This document shows, one piece after another, positions 1 to 9,200 of a stretch of 64,000 bases of DNA. Position numbers and translations under genes: made by a program. The notes below the pieces were generated by a model, which had not been told where the DNA came from, ran no database searches, and worked only from the letters and a program-made list of their open reading frames with translations. Source of the DNA: Candidatus Izemoplasmatales bacterium (GTDB lineage Bacteria > Bacillota_I > Bacilli_A > Izemoplasmatales > Hujiaoplasmataceae); assembly GCA_050177605.1 (NCBI GenBank), contig JBFXGX010000001.1, positions 124,349 through 188,348 on the forward strand, written 5' to 3'. Numbering within the stretch: position 1 is the first letter of the stretch; the number at the start of each line of letters is the position of its first letter.

Positions 1-1428
1 ATCGTCTTTATTGATGTTCACACCATTATTTGTTGATTGACGAATGGCATAAGTAATTTCTCCAGTTTTTACATCTTGAATATGGTCTTGCATTTCAGCA
101 AGATTTGTTTCCACATCCTGTGTTGCATCAAACATTGTTAATGCCGCATACCCTTGAGAAATGGTTTTTGCTGGAAGAACGAATACTTGTTTATCTTCAA
201 TAATTTTCGCAGCGGTTTCAGCTGATAATAATACGTTTTTATTGTTTGGAATTAAAATGATATAATCGGCATTGATCGTTTCACATGCACTTACGAAATC
301 TTCGATAGATGGATTCATCGTTTGTCCACCTTCGATGATATAATCGCATCCCATTTCGATGAATGTATCTTTTAATCCGTCGCCATTTACCACTGCAACA
401 AGTGCGTATTTTTTCTTCATCTTTGGTGCTACACCATAAGAATGCTCATGCCCACATTGGCAAGCATCTTCTTCTGGCTGATGAATTAAAACTTCAGTAT
501 GTTGAAGAGTCATATTTTCAATTTTGATATTGATGAAATGGCCCCAATGTTGCGCTAAGTTTAAAGCGTCTCCAGGTGTTTTTGTATGGACATGAACCTT
601 TAAGATGTTTTCATCTTGAACAACAACAAGTGAGTCACCAAGTCCGCCAATAAGATGTGTGAAATCTTTTTGATTAAACTCATCCATTTTTTCGATTTGC
701 ATAATAAATTCTGTACAGTACCCAAAGTCGATATCACCATGGAAACCTTCAAAATTCATATGAACTTGAGGTGCTTTCGCTTTTGGTTCTTCGTCAGAAA
801 GTTTATAAACTTTTCCAAGAATACCGTCATACATTCCTTCAACAATTTCAATATATCCAGCACCACCAGAATCAACTACTCCTACTTCTTTTAACACAGG
901 AAGTAAGTCTGGTGTTCTTTCAAGAGATGCATATAATTCATCAATATAATGTTTAAATAATTCGTTAAAATCAGCAACACTTTCCGATACAGAAATAGCG
1001 CGGTCAGCACCTTCTCTAGCCACAGTAAGCATTGTTCCTTCTACAGGATTTATCACCGCTGTATACGCTTGTTCAACACCTTTACGAAGTGCCAAAGCGA
1101 ATTCAGTGACTGATACTGAATCTTTTTCCTTTAAGCCGTTTGCTAAACCACTGAAAAGTTGAGATAAAATAACGCCTGAATTTCCTCTCGCACCCATAAG
1201 CATTCCACGTGCCAAAATCTTCGCCATTGCGCCAATTGAAGCTTCTTCTGAGCTTGCGACAGCTTTTGCCCCAGCAGTCATTGTCGCAGACATATTCGAT
1301 CCTGTATCTCCATCTGGAACAGGAAATACATTAAGTTGATTGATTCGTTCCATATTGTTTTTCAATTTAATACTACCGTTAATAGCAAGTTGTTTTAAAC
1401 TCTGTCCGTTTAAGACAAGTGTGTCCAT
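1..1428 (-). CDS. fakA: DAK2-domain fatty acid kinase catalytic subunit (YloV/FakA), 3' end outside the window
   Basis: Not in the ORF track (truncated). Manual translation from ATG at 1428 (RBS GGAGG): MDTLVLNGQSLKQLAINGS...LNVFPVPDGDTGSNM...GARGNSGVILSQ...GYCTEF...KVHVHT...GGQTMNPS. Divergent from rpmB as in Bacilli. Confidence 0.92.
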   Translation of the reverse strand, partial: MDTLVLNGQSLKQLAINGSIKLKNNMERINQLNVFPVPDGDTGSNMSATMTAGAKAVASSEEASIGAMAKILARGMLMGARGNSGVILSQLFSGLANGLKEKDSVSVTEFALALRKGVEQAYTAVINPVEGTMLTVAREGADRAISVSESVADFNELFKHYIDELYASLERTPDLLPVLKEVGVVDSGGAGYIEIVEGMYDGILGKVYKLSDEEPKAKAPQVHMNFEGFHGDIDFGYCTEFIMQIEKMDEFNQKDFTHLIGGLGDSLVVVQDENILKVHVHTKTPGDALNLAQHWGHFINIKIENMTLQHTEVLIHQPEEDACQCGHEHSYGVAPKMKKKYALVAVVNGDGLKDTFIEMGCDYIIEGGQTMNPSIEDFVSACETINADYIILIPNNKNVLLSAETAAKIIEDKQVFVLPAKTISQGYAALTMFDATQDVETNLAEMQDHIQDVKTGEITYAIRQSTNNGVNINKDD

Positions 1429-1664
1429 AAGTTCCTCCGAATAAATATCGATTTTATGAGATAAATAGGTATAAAACTACGTTTTTGAATGTTTCCCAAA
1501 AAGCACTAACATTTTATCATATTTACTATGTAAAAGCAATAATTTTAAACCATCCTTACAATCTCTCCACAAGTGCAATAAAAAAAAGTAAATTTTTCTT
1601 GCTTTTTTAAGGCGGGACTGGTAAAATAATAATGCTGAAATCTTTACAGAAACGGAGTGATATC

Positions 1665-1856
1665 ATGCCAAGAGTATGTGCAGTTACAGGTAAAAAGTTC
1701 ATGTCTGGTAACCAACGTTCCCACTCAATGCGCGCAACAAGAAAATTGTGGAAAGCAAACCTACAAAAAGTAAGAATCGTAGATGAAAATGGCCAAGTCA
1801 AAAGAGTATACGTTTCTGCGAGAGCATTAAAGAGCGGTAAAGTTACAAGAGCTTAA
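1665..1856 (+). CDS. rpmB: 50S ribosomal protein L28
   Basis: [45 protein letters not shown] before ATG 1665. Confidence 0.97.
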   Translation: MPRVCAVTGKKFMSGNQRSHSMRATRKLWKANLQKVRIVDENGQVKRVYVSARALKSGKVTRA

Positions 1857-1878
1857 TCTTAACTAAAAAACTTAAAAT

Positions 1879-1906
1879 AAAGACCTTCGATTGAAGGTCT
1901 TTTTTT
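1879..1906. terminator. Bidirectional intrinsic terminator
   Basis: AAAGACCTTC-GATT-GAAGGTCTTTTTT between convergent rpmB and the DUF3137 gene. Confidence 0.85.
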
Positions 1907-2768
1907 AATTTTCTCTAAACAGATGTTCATTCAGTTTTAAATCTTTAATAAACGATATCATTGCCTCAAATTCCTCTTTATAAGAGTTAACCAACTCTTG
2001 CGATACTGGCTTAAAGGGTTTAATATCAAAATAGTCAATTCGTGAGTTAATCGCGATAAATAGTTTGCGGTCTAAAAAACTAAAGGTTATCTTATCAGAA
2101 TACTCTCGGTCTAACTTTAGTAATTTTTCCATAAATTGAGGAGTTAGAATATAAAAAGCTTCATGATCATCTTTCGCATATACTTTTAAGTTTGAATTAA
2201 ATTCTATCGACTCTAGTTTGATTTTGTCATAGCCTTCAAACGGACGGAATTGCATTGGCTGAAGCACAAGCAGATTATAATAGAATGGTTTTGGAAAATC
2301 AAACTCATAGATTCTACCTTGAAAAACAGTCACAACCGTCGTAGTTTTCCCATTACTATGTACATCTTGTTGATGCACATCAGCTGATCGGAACCGAACA
2401 TCTTCATAGGTACCTGTAATTAAATCTTCACTATGATAGCGGTCCGATTTCTTTCGTAATTTTGACCCAAGAACTTCACTTTCATCAAACCCTTTAAGAG
2501 CATCATACTGGCTACCAGGCAATACTTTTTCAAGTTCTTCCTTCACATAAATACTTTTAAATGAATTGCTTAATTTTTTAATTTGCTTGGAAATGTAGCC
2601 TGCATAAATTCCTCCTCCTAGAAAAGGAATACCCACCAAAAAGAATGCTGAGGGGCCAATTGAAACCCCGAGAGGTATATAACAAATAAAAGCAATTCCA
2701 ATGATGACAAAAGCAAAGACTAGTTTAGACTCAAGACGAGATTTTTTCTCATTAATTTGATCAAACAT
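1905..2768 (-). CDS. DUF3137-like membrane protein
   Basis: Two N-terminal TM helices, then SEDLITG...TTVVTVFQG...KLESIEFN...AFYILTPQFMEKL, typical of DUF3137. Confidence 0.7.
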   Translation of the reverse strand: MFDQINEKKSRLESKLVFAFVIIGIAFICYIPLGVSIGPSAFFLVGIPFLGGGIYAGYISKQIKKLSNSFKSIYVKEELEKVLPGSQYDALKGFDESEVLGSKLRKKSDRYHSEDLITGTYEDVRFRSADVHQQDVHSNGKTTTVVTVFQGRIYEFDFPKPFYYNLLVLQPMQFRPFEGYDKIKLESIEFNSNLKVYAKDDHEAFYILTPQFMEKLLKLDREYSDKITFSFLDRKLFIAINSRIDYFDIKPFKPVSQELVNSYKEEFEAMISFIKDLKLNEHLFREN

Positions 2769-2788
2769 AATTCCCCCTTAAAATAAAA

Positions 2789-3784
2789 TTATGCAGGCAA
2801 TGTATTCGGTGCAATTGTTAGAATAACTTCTTTAACAGTATTAATTGGAATGGAGAATCCCATACCTTCAATATCTGTGGAAGCTAATTTTAAAACATTT
2901 ATACCAATGACTTCTCCTTGAAGATTAAATAAAGGACCACCACTATTTCCAGCATTGATCGATGCATCATGTTGGATATATAATACAGAACTAGTTTCAT
3001 CAACAACTCGGTTGACGCCAGCAACGATACCAAGTGTCATTGAACCATAGAATGAGTATCCTTGTGGGTTCCCTGCAGCAATGACCATTGTACCAGGTTG
3101 GACAACACTTGAGTCACCAAGTGTAGCTGTTGTTAAAGTTTGATTTAGTGAAGCTCCACTAAAGGATAACACCGCGATATCAACTTCAGCATCCGTACCA
3201 AGTAGCGTAGCGACAACATAAGATTCATCCGCAAATACAACGCGGTAATTATCTCCACCATCCACAACATGTTCATTGGTAATTAAGTAATAAACATCGT
3301 TCAATTGATCGTAATAATAGATAACTCCAGTACCTAAAGAAACCCCTACTGTGCCATCATAGGTAGAAACGCCAATCACTGAAGTATCTACCAGATCTTT
3401 CACGCTATAAATTTCATTTTGAAGCGCTTGTAAATAAACCGCTACCTCTTCTTCAGTAAATACATTTACAAGATTGTTTTCCACAGCTGCATAGATTTCG
3501 TCATATAAATCTTGTGTCACCATTGCGCTAATATCATCATAGATATTTTGATAGATATCGTCATAAACATCTTGATAAATTTGATCTATTAAATCTTGAT
3601 AATCAGAATAATAGTAGACATTGCCTTCTGCATCTGTACCAGTATAGATTGTCGTATTTGAATCGATAGTCGTCGTTGTATTATAGATAGTCGTTGTCGT
3701 TGTTTCAAGTGCGCTCACATTTTGACAAGCAATCATCGTTAGCGCTAGAATTAAGGCTAATGCTATTAATTTAACTTTTTTCAT
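2789..3784 (-). CDS. HtrA/S1C-like serine protease lipoprotein without PDZ domain
   Basis: Lipobox MIAC, Thr-rich linker, triad motifs TNEH, DIAVL, GNSGG; ends right after the protease domain. Confidence 0.88.
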   Translation of the reverse strand: MKKVKLIALALILALTMIACQNVSALETTTTTIYNTTTTIDSNTTIYTGTDAEGNVYYYSDYQDLIDQIYQDVYDDIYQNIYDDISAMVTQDLYDEIYAAVENNLVNVFTEEEVAVYLQALQNEIYSVKDLVDTSVIGVSTYDGTVGVSLGTGVIYYYDQLNDVYYLITNEHVVDGGDNYRVVFADESYVVATLLGTDAEVDIAVLSFSGASLNQTLTTATLGDSSVVQPGTMVIAAGNPQGYSFYGSMTLGIVAGVNRVVDETSSVLYIQHDASINAGNSGGPLFNLQGEVIGINVLKLASTDIEGMGFSIPINTVKEVILTIAPNTLPA

Positions 3785-3785
3785 T

Positions 3786-5081
3786 TTATGCCTCCGGTCT
3801 TGGTTTTAATTCAACATCTGAGAACGTAAGAGTTTGGCCATTTCGGATAACCACGATGTCAATTAAATCACCTACACGATATTTTGAGAACTGAGTCACG
3901 AAATCTGAAGTATTTGTAATGGTTATATCCCCTATTTGAATGATGATATCACCCGATTGAACGTATCCGTCCACGCTTGAATTTGTTACTACCTCGTCAA
4001 TGTAAAAACCTGCGGTAAGTTCATTTGGAATAGTCACACCAGATTCAATTAAGTATTCACGGTTTGTAGAAATATCTATAAAGGAGATTCCTAGTACAGG
4101 TTTTTGTAAAGAAACGCCATAGGCTTCAATATCTGCACATATATCTTTCACAAGTGATGATGGAATTGCAAATCCCATTCCTTCAATTGCTACATCAGCG
4201 ATTTTGATAACATTAATGCCGATGACTTCACCTTGCAAATTAAATAAAGCGCCGCCACTATTTCCAGCGTTGATTGATGCGTCATGTTGAATATATCCAA
4301 CAAACATATCTTTCGTACCGTCGCTATCAATATCAAAGTAACGATTTGTTCCAGAGACGACACCCATCGTGATAGAACGGTAATATTCGTACCCTGATGG
4401 ATTTCCTACTGCAACAACAATTGTCCCTTTTTCAACCGTTGAAGAATCACCAAAACTAACAACTTTTAAATCTAAATTTGAATTAAAATACAACACAGCT
4501 ATATCGACAAGAGAATCGACACCTCGAAGCGTTGCATCTATTTCTGTTCCATCTTCCAGTCTAATTTTATATACACTGCCATCTGCGACAACGTGATTAT
4601 TTGTCACAACGTAGTAGGTATTATCTAGTTTTTTATAAATCACACCTGAACCAATTGCTTGTAAAGTAGTACCATCACTATTGTAGACTGAAACGCCGAC
4701 AACAGCTGTTGCTTCATCCGCTGCTAGATTTAGAATCATATCAGCAACTGTGGCCGCTGTAACTTCAATTTCTCCTGCAGCAATTTTATCAAGTAAGGAT
4801 GTTACGACTTCATTATAAATACGATCAAACTCATCTTGGGATAGGTTTGCGATCACTTGTGCTCTAATTTCATCATACATTTCACTGTAAATCCGTTGGT
4901 AAATATCTGCTTTTATTTGATCCAAATCAACACTCACTTCAGATGTAATTAAAGGCGTTACAGTCGTTTGTGAAGTCATAAATGTCGTTGTAGTAGGTGC
5001 TGAAGTGGTGAAATTTACTGAACATCCAACAAGTACTGCACTGAGCATGAATATTGAAATGAATATTGCTATTTTTTTCAT
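3786..5081 (-). CDS. htrA: HtrA/S1C serine protease lipoprotein with C-terminal PDZ domain
   Basis: Lipobox LVGC, TNNH, DIAVL, GNSGG; PDZ-like tail (VLGIS...QSGDIIIQIG...VVIRNG). Confidence 0.9.
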   Translation of the reverse strand: MKKIAIFISIFMLSAVLVGCSVNFTTSAPTTTTFMTSQTTVTPLITSEVSVDLDQIKADIYQRIYSEMYDEIRAQVIANLSQDEFDRIYNEVVTSLLDKIAAGEIEVTAATVADMILNLAADEATAVVGVSVYNSDGTTLQAIGSGVIYKKLDNTYYVVTNNHVVADGSVYKIRLEDGTEIDATLRGVDSLVDIAVLYFNSNLDLKVVSFGDSSTVEKGTIVVAVGNPSGYEYYRSITMGVVSGTNRYFDIDSDGTKDMFVGYIQHDASINAGNSGGALFNLQGEVIGINVIKIADVAIEGMGFAIPSSLVKDICADIEAYGVSLQKPVLGISFIDISTNREYLIESGVTIPNELTAGFYIDEVVTNSSVDGYVQSGDIIIQIGDITITNTSDFVTQFSKYRVGDLIDIVVIRNGQTLTFSDVELKPRPEA

Positions 5082-5162
5082 GGTAATCGTCCCCTTTTCT
5101 TATTTAGCATAAAACAAATTATAGTATTACTTTATGATATCTTTGTGAATATAAAATTAAAA

Positions 5163-5777
5163 TTACTCATTCGAACAAACGACGAGTAATCTACCCTTCG
5201 AAAATTCTAAGGATCCACTGCCTTCGTTAGAGACACCGATCGAGTCTGAGGTTGTTAACAAGTATTGATCTAGTTCATATTTAAACCCTCGAAGAGTTAA
5301 TTCATATACATCTTCAAGCGCAAAAAAAGAAATATACTTGTGAACGTTGTTGATCGCATATCGACCCTTTTTTAAAGTGTATATATGATGATGATTATCC
5401 TTAAATGAAAGACTGAATCGCTTCATTAAATTTAAGTTCGCAAGTAAGTGATCAATTCTCCCGCCAATACCTCCATAGACAAACACTTCATCATAAGTTA
5501 AATTGTTATAAATATAATCAAGTGTGAAGGCAAGGTCTGTCATATCTTTCATCTTTGGAAGGGAAATGATCTGCTTTGCATATTTTTTAAGTAAAGACAG
5601 ATATTCACTATGAATGGAATCAAAGTCACCAATGGCATAATCAAATATAATTTGATGTTTGATAAGTTCTTCACATCCAGAGTCAACGCCAATCAGTATT
5701 TCATTTTCTTCTTCTATATATACATTCTCGAGTTGATAATTATTGGGCCCTGTAAATATTTTAATATTTCTACTCAT
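5163..5777 (-). CDS. thiN: Thiamine pyrophosphokinase
   Basis: IGVDSG, IGDFDS, KDMTD, GGRIDH, GVSNE; follows rpe. Confidence 0.92.
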   Translation of the reverse strand: MSRNIKIFTGPNNYQLENVYIEEENEILIGVDSGCEELIKHQIIFDYAIGDFDSIHSEYLSLLKKYAKQIISLPKMKDMTDLAFTLDYIYNNLTYDEVFVYGGIGGRIDHLLANLNLMKRFSLSFKDNHHHIYTLKKGRYAINNVHKYISFFALEDVYELTLRGFKYELDQYLLTTSDSIGVSNEGSGSLEFSKGRLLVVCSNE

Positions 5778-6411
5778 TTTCTAATTGTTCAATCAATTCA
5801 TTACGGTTCACTTGATTAAATATAAAAGATCCAACAACTGCGACATCGATTCCTGCATCTTTCACAAGTTTACTCGTATCTTGATTGATTCCCCCATCCA
5901 CTTCAATGATGTAATGATAGTGATTCTGTTTTCGCATTTCATCGAGTAATTTAATTTTATCCAAACTTTCAGGGATAAATTTTTGCCCACCTTTGCCTGG
6001 TTCAACACTCATAATTAAGATTAAGTCTAGTTGATCCAAATACGGAAAAATGACTTGAATATCTGTCAGTGGTTTGATTGATATTCCGACTTTTTTTCCA
6101 TATTTTTTAATTTCATCAATGGCTTCCTTTACACGACTAGGATCGGATTCGTAATGAAACGTAATCGAATCTGCGCCAGACAGAGCATAGTCCTTGATTG
6201 ATGGAATTGGGTCATCCATCATCAAATGACAATCAAAATATTGGTCACTAAATTCTCTGATTGTTTCTAGCATATGATGATCATAGGTTTTTGCAGGAAC
6301 AAACTTTCCATCCATGACGTCAAAATGTAGCCAAGAAGCTTTATTAATCGATCTAATTTCAGATTCTAAATGATTAAAATCACAAGTTAAAAATGACGGT
6401 GCTACCTTCAT
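5770..6411 (-). CDS. rpe: Ribulose-phosphate 3-epimerase
   Basis: APSFL, HFDVMDGKFV, DCHLM, MSVEPGKGGQ, EVDGG. Confidence 0.96.
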   Translation of the reverse strand: MKVAPSFLTCDFNHLESEIRSINKASWLHFDVMDGKFVPAKTYDHHMLETIREFSDQYFDCHLMMDDPIPSIKDYALSGADSITFHYESDPSRVKEAIDEIKKYGKKVGISIKPLTDIQVIFPYLDQLDLILIMSVEPGKGGQKFIPESLDKIKLLDEMRKQNHYHYIIEVDGGINQDTSKLVKDAGIDVAVVGSFIFNQVNRNELIEQLENE

Positions 6412-6420
6412 TTGTACCTC

Positions 6421-7287
6421 CTAGTATTTTTTCTTTATTTGCTTAATTTCTTCTCTTAATTTCAAGTAATTGTCATATCTTTCTTGCGGAACAGTATTAT
6501 TTTTAACTGCTTCCTTGACTGCACAACCTGGTTCTTTTTCATGAAGACATCCATGATATTTACACTCACTTCCAAGTTCAAAGAAATCAGGAAAGGAATC
6601 TTTGAGTCCAACTTCATCCATATCGATAAATTCAAGTTTAGAAAACCCTGGTGTATCCGCAATCAAACCATCACCAAAAGGAATTAATTCCACATGTCTT
6701 GTGGTATGTTTACCTCTTCCTAAAGCCAAACTGATTTCATCTGTGGCTAAATTGAGAGAAGGATCTATCGTGTTTAATAAACTACTTTTTCCTGCCCCTG
6801 TTTGTCCAGTCAGTACATTGACTTTATCTTTTATAACTTCAAGTATTTCATCCAGTCCTTCTTTTGTTTTAGTACTAAAGAAGATAACGCGAAAATATTT
6901 TTTGTAATAGGACAAATATTGTTCTAAGGAACTTCTTTCGAAATCGGTTAAAAGGTCAATCTTTGTGATGACAATAATCGGCTCGATGTGATTAAAAGTC
7001 ACCAACGCAAGAAACTTATCAAGAAGGATAGAACTGAAGTCAGGTCGTTTACTCGAAGAGATCAGCAACGCTTGATCAATATTACAAATAGCGGGTCTGA
7101 CAAGATCATTAAATCTTTCTTCAACATCCAAAATTGTCGTTTCATCAAATGACACAAAATCGCCAACTTTTGGACTAATTTTTTTGTATCTAAAAACACC
7201 AAGTGGCTTTAGTTCATATGTCTTGTTAGACTCGTCGCGCACTGTATAGATACCACCAATTAACTTAATTATTCGACCTTTCTTCAA
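6421..7287 (-). CDS. rsgA: Ribosome small subunit-dependent GTPase
   Basis: TKID, GQTGAGKSS, GKHTTR, DTPG, Zn finger CKYHGCLHEKEPGC; TTG start. Confidence 0.96.
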   Translation of the reverse strand: MKKGRIIKLIGGIYTVRDESNKTYELKPLGVFRYKKISPKVGDFVSFDETTILDVEERFNDLVRPAICNIDQALLISSSKRPDFSSILLDKFLALVTFNHIEPIIVITKIDLLTDFERSSLEQYLSYYKKYFRVIFFSTKTKEGLDEILEVIKDKVNVLTGQTGAGKSSLLNTIDPSLNLATDEISLALGRGKHTTRHVELIPFGDGLIADTPGFSKLEFIDMDEVGLKDSFPDFFELGSECKYHGCLHEKEPGCAVKEAVKNNTVPQERYDNYLKLREEIKQIKKKY

Positions 7288-7372
7288 AAAAGAACCTCCT
7301 AAGGATAAGATACTATTTATTATACTCGATAAACATAAAAAAAAGAAGACTTGCGTCTTCTAATTATCATGA

Positions 7373-7909
7373 TTATTTTTTGTAACGTGCAAAGTAAGAT
7401 TGTGGATGTGCACACACTGGACAAACTTTTGGAGCTTTCTTGCCAACATGAATGTGTCCGCATTCTAAACAAATCCACATTTCAGATTCGTTATCTGATT
7501 CAAATACTTTATTATCTTTTAAACTAGCTAATAAGCATAAGTATCTTTCTTCATGTCTTTTTTCAATAGCTGCTACAGCTTCAAAAAGATAAGCAATTTT
7601 ATTAAAGCCTTCTTCTTTTGCAACTTGAGCGAATCCAGCATACATATCTGTCCATTCGTAATGTTCGCCTTCTGCACCATCAACTAAATTAAGCTCGGTT
7701 GTAGGAATTTCGCCACCATGTAATAACTTGAACCATAATTCTGCATGTTCTTTTTCATTTTGAGCAGTTTCTAAAAAGAAATTCGCAACTTCAACATATC
7801 CTTCTTTTTTCGCTACACTCGCATAAAATGTATACTTGTTTCTTGCTTGAGATTCTCCAGCAAATGCTGTTTTTAAGTTTTCTTCAGTTCTTGATCCTTT
7901 GAATTCCAT
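7373..7909 (-). CDS. rbr: Rubrerythrin
   Basis: [20 protein letters not shown] di-iron motifs; C-terminal CLECG...CPVC rubredoxin domain. Confidence 0.95.
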   Translation of the reverse strand: MEFKGSRTEENLKTAFAGESQARNKYTFYASVAKKEGYVEVANFFLETAQNEKEHAELWFKLLHGGEIPTTELNLVDGAEGEHYEWTDMYAGFAQVAKEEGFNKIAYLFEAVAAIEKRHEERYLCLLASLKDNKVFESDNESEMWICLECGHIHVGKKAPKVCPVCAHPQSYFARYKK

Positions 7910-7981
7910 AATGTCTCTCCTTTACGATTTTAATTATCAATATTCTAACATAACTATTTTAAAGATACAATATCTTTTAAA

Positions 7982-9121
7982 TTATTCTCCGAATGAGATT
8001 CCGATGTCTTTAGCTGCATTAACTAAGTCGCCATTTGGATTAACACGACGTGCACCACCACGACTTGTTTCTCCCATTTTTCCTCCGCCTACAACATCTT
8101 CAATAAAGACGGTTGACATTTTATCGTTTCTAATCGTGACCATTTGCCCGAAATCACCACGAGCAATCATATCAACTGCAAATGATCCATATTTTGTACT
8201 TAATACACGGTCAAAGGTATTTGTAACACCACCACGTTGGATGTATCCTAAATTCGTTGAACGAATATCTTGTCCAGTTACTGGAGTGACTAATTTTGTT
8301 AATGAAGCAGCGATTAATTCGCCAACACCACCAAGGCGTACGGAATCTGCGCTTGTTTGGTCAATTAATTTAATGGTGACATCACCATCGATTGGTTTAG
8401 CTCCTTCACTCACACAAATGATTGAGAATTTCGAACCATGATTGTATCTGTCGATGACTTTTTGTGCAACTTTATGAATATCATAAGGCATTTCTGGGAT
8501 TAAGATAACATCTGCAGAGCCTGCGATGCCACCTTCAAGTGCTAACCATCCGGCATTTCTTCCCATAACTTCTAAAATCATAACACGGTCATGTGAAAAA
8601 GCGGTTGTATGGAGTGCATCCAGTGCCAACATAATATGATCTAAAGCTGTACGATATCCGAAAGTAATATCGGTTGCTGGAACATCATTATCAATCGTTT
8701 TTGGAATACCAACAACATTGATCCCTTTTCTAGCGAAGTCACGTGCACTTGTAAGTGTACCGTCACCACCAATAATTACTAATGCATCGACGTTATGTTT
8801 CTTCAGATTTGCTATCGCAACATCTGACACATCGGAGTAAGTTACCGTTCCATCTTTATCTACTTGACGGAAGTTAAATAGATTATCTTTGTTGGAATTT
8901 TTAAGAATGGTTCCACCTTGATGGAAAATTCCTGATACAGTCGCTATTGACATATTAACATAATCATCTTTGTAAAGGCCGTGGTATCCTCCGATAAATC
9001 CAACGACTTCATAATTATATTTAAGAATAGCAGTTCTAACGACCGCACGAATGACTGCATTTAATCCTGAACAGTCACCGCCCCCTGTAAGTAAAGCAAT
9101 TTTTTTAATTTCTTTTTTCAT
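7982..9121 (-). CDS. pfkA: 6-phosphofructokinase (group III / mixed-substrate family)
   Basis: TGGGDCSGLNA, GGTIL, GGDGT, PKTIDND, EVMGRNAG, LGYIQRGG. Confidence 0.9.
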   Translation of the reverse strand: MKKEIKKIALLTGGGDCSGLNAVIRAVVRTAILKYNYEVVGFIGGYHGLYKDDYVNMSIATVSGIFHQGGTILKNSNKDNLFNFRQVDKDGTVTYSDVSDVAIANLKKHNVDALVIIGGDGTLTSARDFARKGINVVGIPKTIDNDVPATDITFGYRTALDHIMLALDALHTTAFSHDRVMILEVMGRNAGWLALEGGIAGSADVILIPEMPYDIHKVAQKVIDRYNHGSKFSIICVSEGAKPIDGDVTIKLIDQTSADSVRLGGVGELIAASLTKLVTPVTGQDIRSTNLGYIQRGGVTNTFDRVLSTKYGSFAVDMIARGDFGQMVTIRNDKMSTVFIEDVVGGGKMGETSRGGARRVNPNGDLVNAAKDIGISFGE

Positions 9122-9200
9122 CTTTAATCATCCTTTCGAATTAAAAATCATTATATAGTTTATCATTTATAATGATACTAGTCAAATAAAATCAATTGTT

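Noticed and set aside
655..956. Short + strand ORFs of 79 and 61 aa
   Set aside because: Antisense shadows of fakA, which the ORF track missed because it is truncated.
7925..7975. Possible PerR/Fur box upstream of rubrerythrin
   Set aside because: AT-rich with a poor match to the 7-1-7 consensus; cannot be supported.
7899..8441. 180-aa + strand ORF, and similar antisense ORFs inside rsgA, polC, thrS, cadA, pckG and the antiporters
   Set aside because: They lie opposite well-supported genes, have no evident RBS or motifs, and show the Ser/Ile/Pro-rich composition typical of reverse-frame artefacts.
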